Source: Octopus bimaculoides
Lineage: Eukaryota
Length of the DNA: 64,000 bases
NCBI RefSeq assembly: GCF_001194135.2
Contig: NC_068998.1
Location: 19,361,296 to 19,425,295, forward strand
Direction of reading: 5' to 3'
A program made the translations under genes and the position numbers. The notes beneath the pieces are model-generated. The model was not told the DNA's origin and searched no databases. It saw only the letters and a list, made by a program, of their open reading frames with translations. The number at the start of each line of letters is the position of its first letter. Within the stretch, counting starts at the first letter, position 1. Shown piece after piece: positions 62,572 to 64,000 of the stretch.

Positions 62572-64000
62572 ATGTATATATATATAAATATATATATATA
62601 TGTATATATAAATATATATATGTAGTAAAAATTCTAGTCTTCATGTCTATCCAGAGGTGATAGTAAACCATTTCCATGTACTCTCATGACACAGAATCAT
62701 GAAACCATAGCATGTTATGGCTTAAAAATTCCCAACCAGAACACATGATAAAATAGATTTTAATACCTAAAATAATCAATATAATGTGTTCCAAAGGGTA
62801 TTAATAAAAGTGAAGTGAAATGACTAGGACTGAGAGCTGAAATATCTAATATAAATCACTAGAATATCAGGAGACAAGGGGTGACCTTAATCAAGGAGTT
62901 AAACCAAAATCATTAGATATATTAGCTTAAAGGAAGGGAAATGCCTAACATTTTGGATTCTTTCTCTTTTAAAAGGATTATCTTAATATAGCTATATATT
63001 TTTTGCTCTGACTTATAAAACCCTGTAACCTATGAATTAAAAGGGACATTTGATCTGGTAGATGCTTAAATGTCAGATACTCTACATATAACATCATAGT
63101 GTTAAATGATAATTTCTTTATACATTAGTCGCTGTACTGCAGAACATGGAAACAACAGAATGCCGAGATATATAAGTTTTATAACCTTTCAAAGTTGCAT
63201 ACTTTTAGACAAGTGTTTCTTAAGGCAGTATTTTGGTGGGAAGGGTTACATCAGAATGCGGTGTATGTAAACAACAAGTTAATAAATCTTGCAATAAAGT
63301 TTTGATTAAAACTTCTTTTGAAGATATATATGCTACATATCAGTTTTTCCCATTCATGATGGAGTGCACATTGTTTTTTTTTTTTAAATCAATGATGAGA
63401 TGTGGGGCAAAAAAGAGTCTAAGAACACTGAGATCCCTCCATTTTTTCTTCATGTAAGTTTTCCATATGAACATTAACCTGTAAGAGTTCAGAGTAAACA
63501 TTTATTCCATTAACCTTGTTCAGTTACCTCTATGTGCCATGATTATGAGGTTATGAGAAGAGTGTAGGTGCCATCCTTCTCACCAAACCAACAAATGTAC
63601 AAAAGAAACATACAGAACATGTATATACATGTAGCTTTTAATCAATGATTGATAATCAGCAGAAAACACCATATACCAGAAAAGAGAATAAAAAGTTGTT
63701 CCAAATACCAACTCGTATGCATGCATAATTTACAGGAAGTGTGCAGAAGGGAGGTTCTCTGGGAGGAACAGAAAGAAAAAAGAAGTAATGGGAAGTATTG
63801 CGGTAACTAAACTGATGCCGAGAGCATTTAAATGTTATATTATTGAAAATATCTATTGACAAGATAGGAGTGCGGTCATGTATAGTTCCATGTAATGGGA
63901 CAGTACATGACAAAGATGAAGGTCTTTGGATTGAAGAGAATAGGCATAAAGCATTACCTTAGTAGATGGTGAAAGTGAATGAGAAAGGTGATGGCTGTTG

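Noticed and set aside
63958-64000. Possible VPS13 exon end at AAG|gtaatgc at the window edge
   Set aside because: The phase-0 frame reads NSHHLSHSLSPSTK, unlike the expected LFSF...KK; cannot be judged without flanking sequence

Overview
AT-rich, repeat-dense eukaryotic scaffold with five N-gaps. The SINE/RTE repeat content and microsatellite load suggest a coleoid cephalopod, probably Octopus; this is inferred, not verified. The main feature is the 3' part of a VPS13A/C-type lipid-transfer gene on the minus strand. I assembled 25 coding exons by eye from 54985 down to the stop at 18751-18753. All have GT-AG boundaries and consistent phases, totalling 2748 nt (915 aa plus stop), and the gene continues beyond the right edge. 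A candidate ~3.5 kb 3'UTR ends at a poly(A) site near 15240. There is one intact tRNA-Glu(TTC) at 5298-5369 (-). The rest is intron or intergenic DNA with tRNA-derived SINEs, RTE LINE 3' ends, a decayed piggyBac transposase, piggyBac-, hAT- and mariner-type MITEs, a Penelope-like GIY-YIG relic, a Tc1 5' end and a possible solo LTR. The most notable unexplained signals are: a fully base-paired type I hammerhead ribozyme at 22947-23038 (+), antisense within a VPS13 intron; a 48-bp near-perfect intronic hairpin at 60048-60160; a CpG-retaining domain (~4.2-14.3 kb) bordering the CpG-depleted gene body; and modular SINE/RTE repeats carrying stem-loop minisatellites. All analysis was manual; repeat boundaries are approximate (tens of bp) and no database searches were run.
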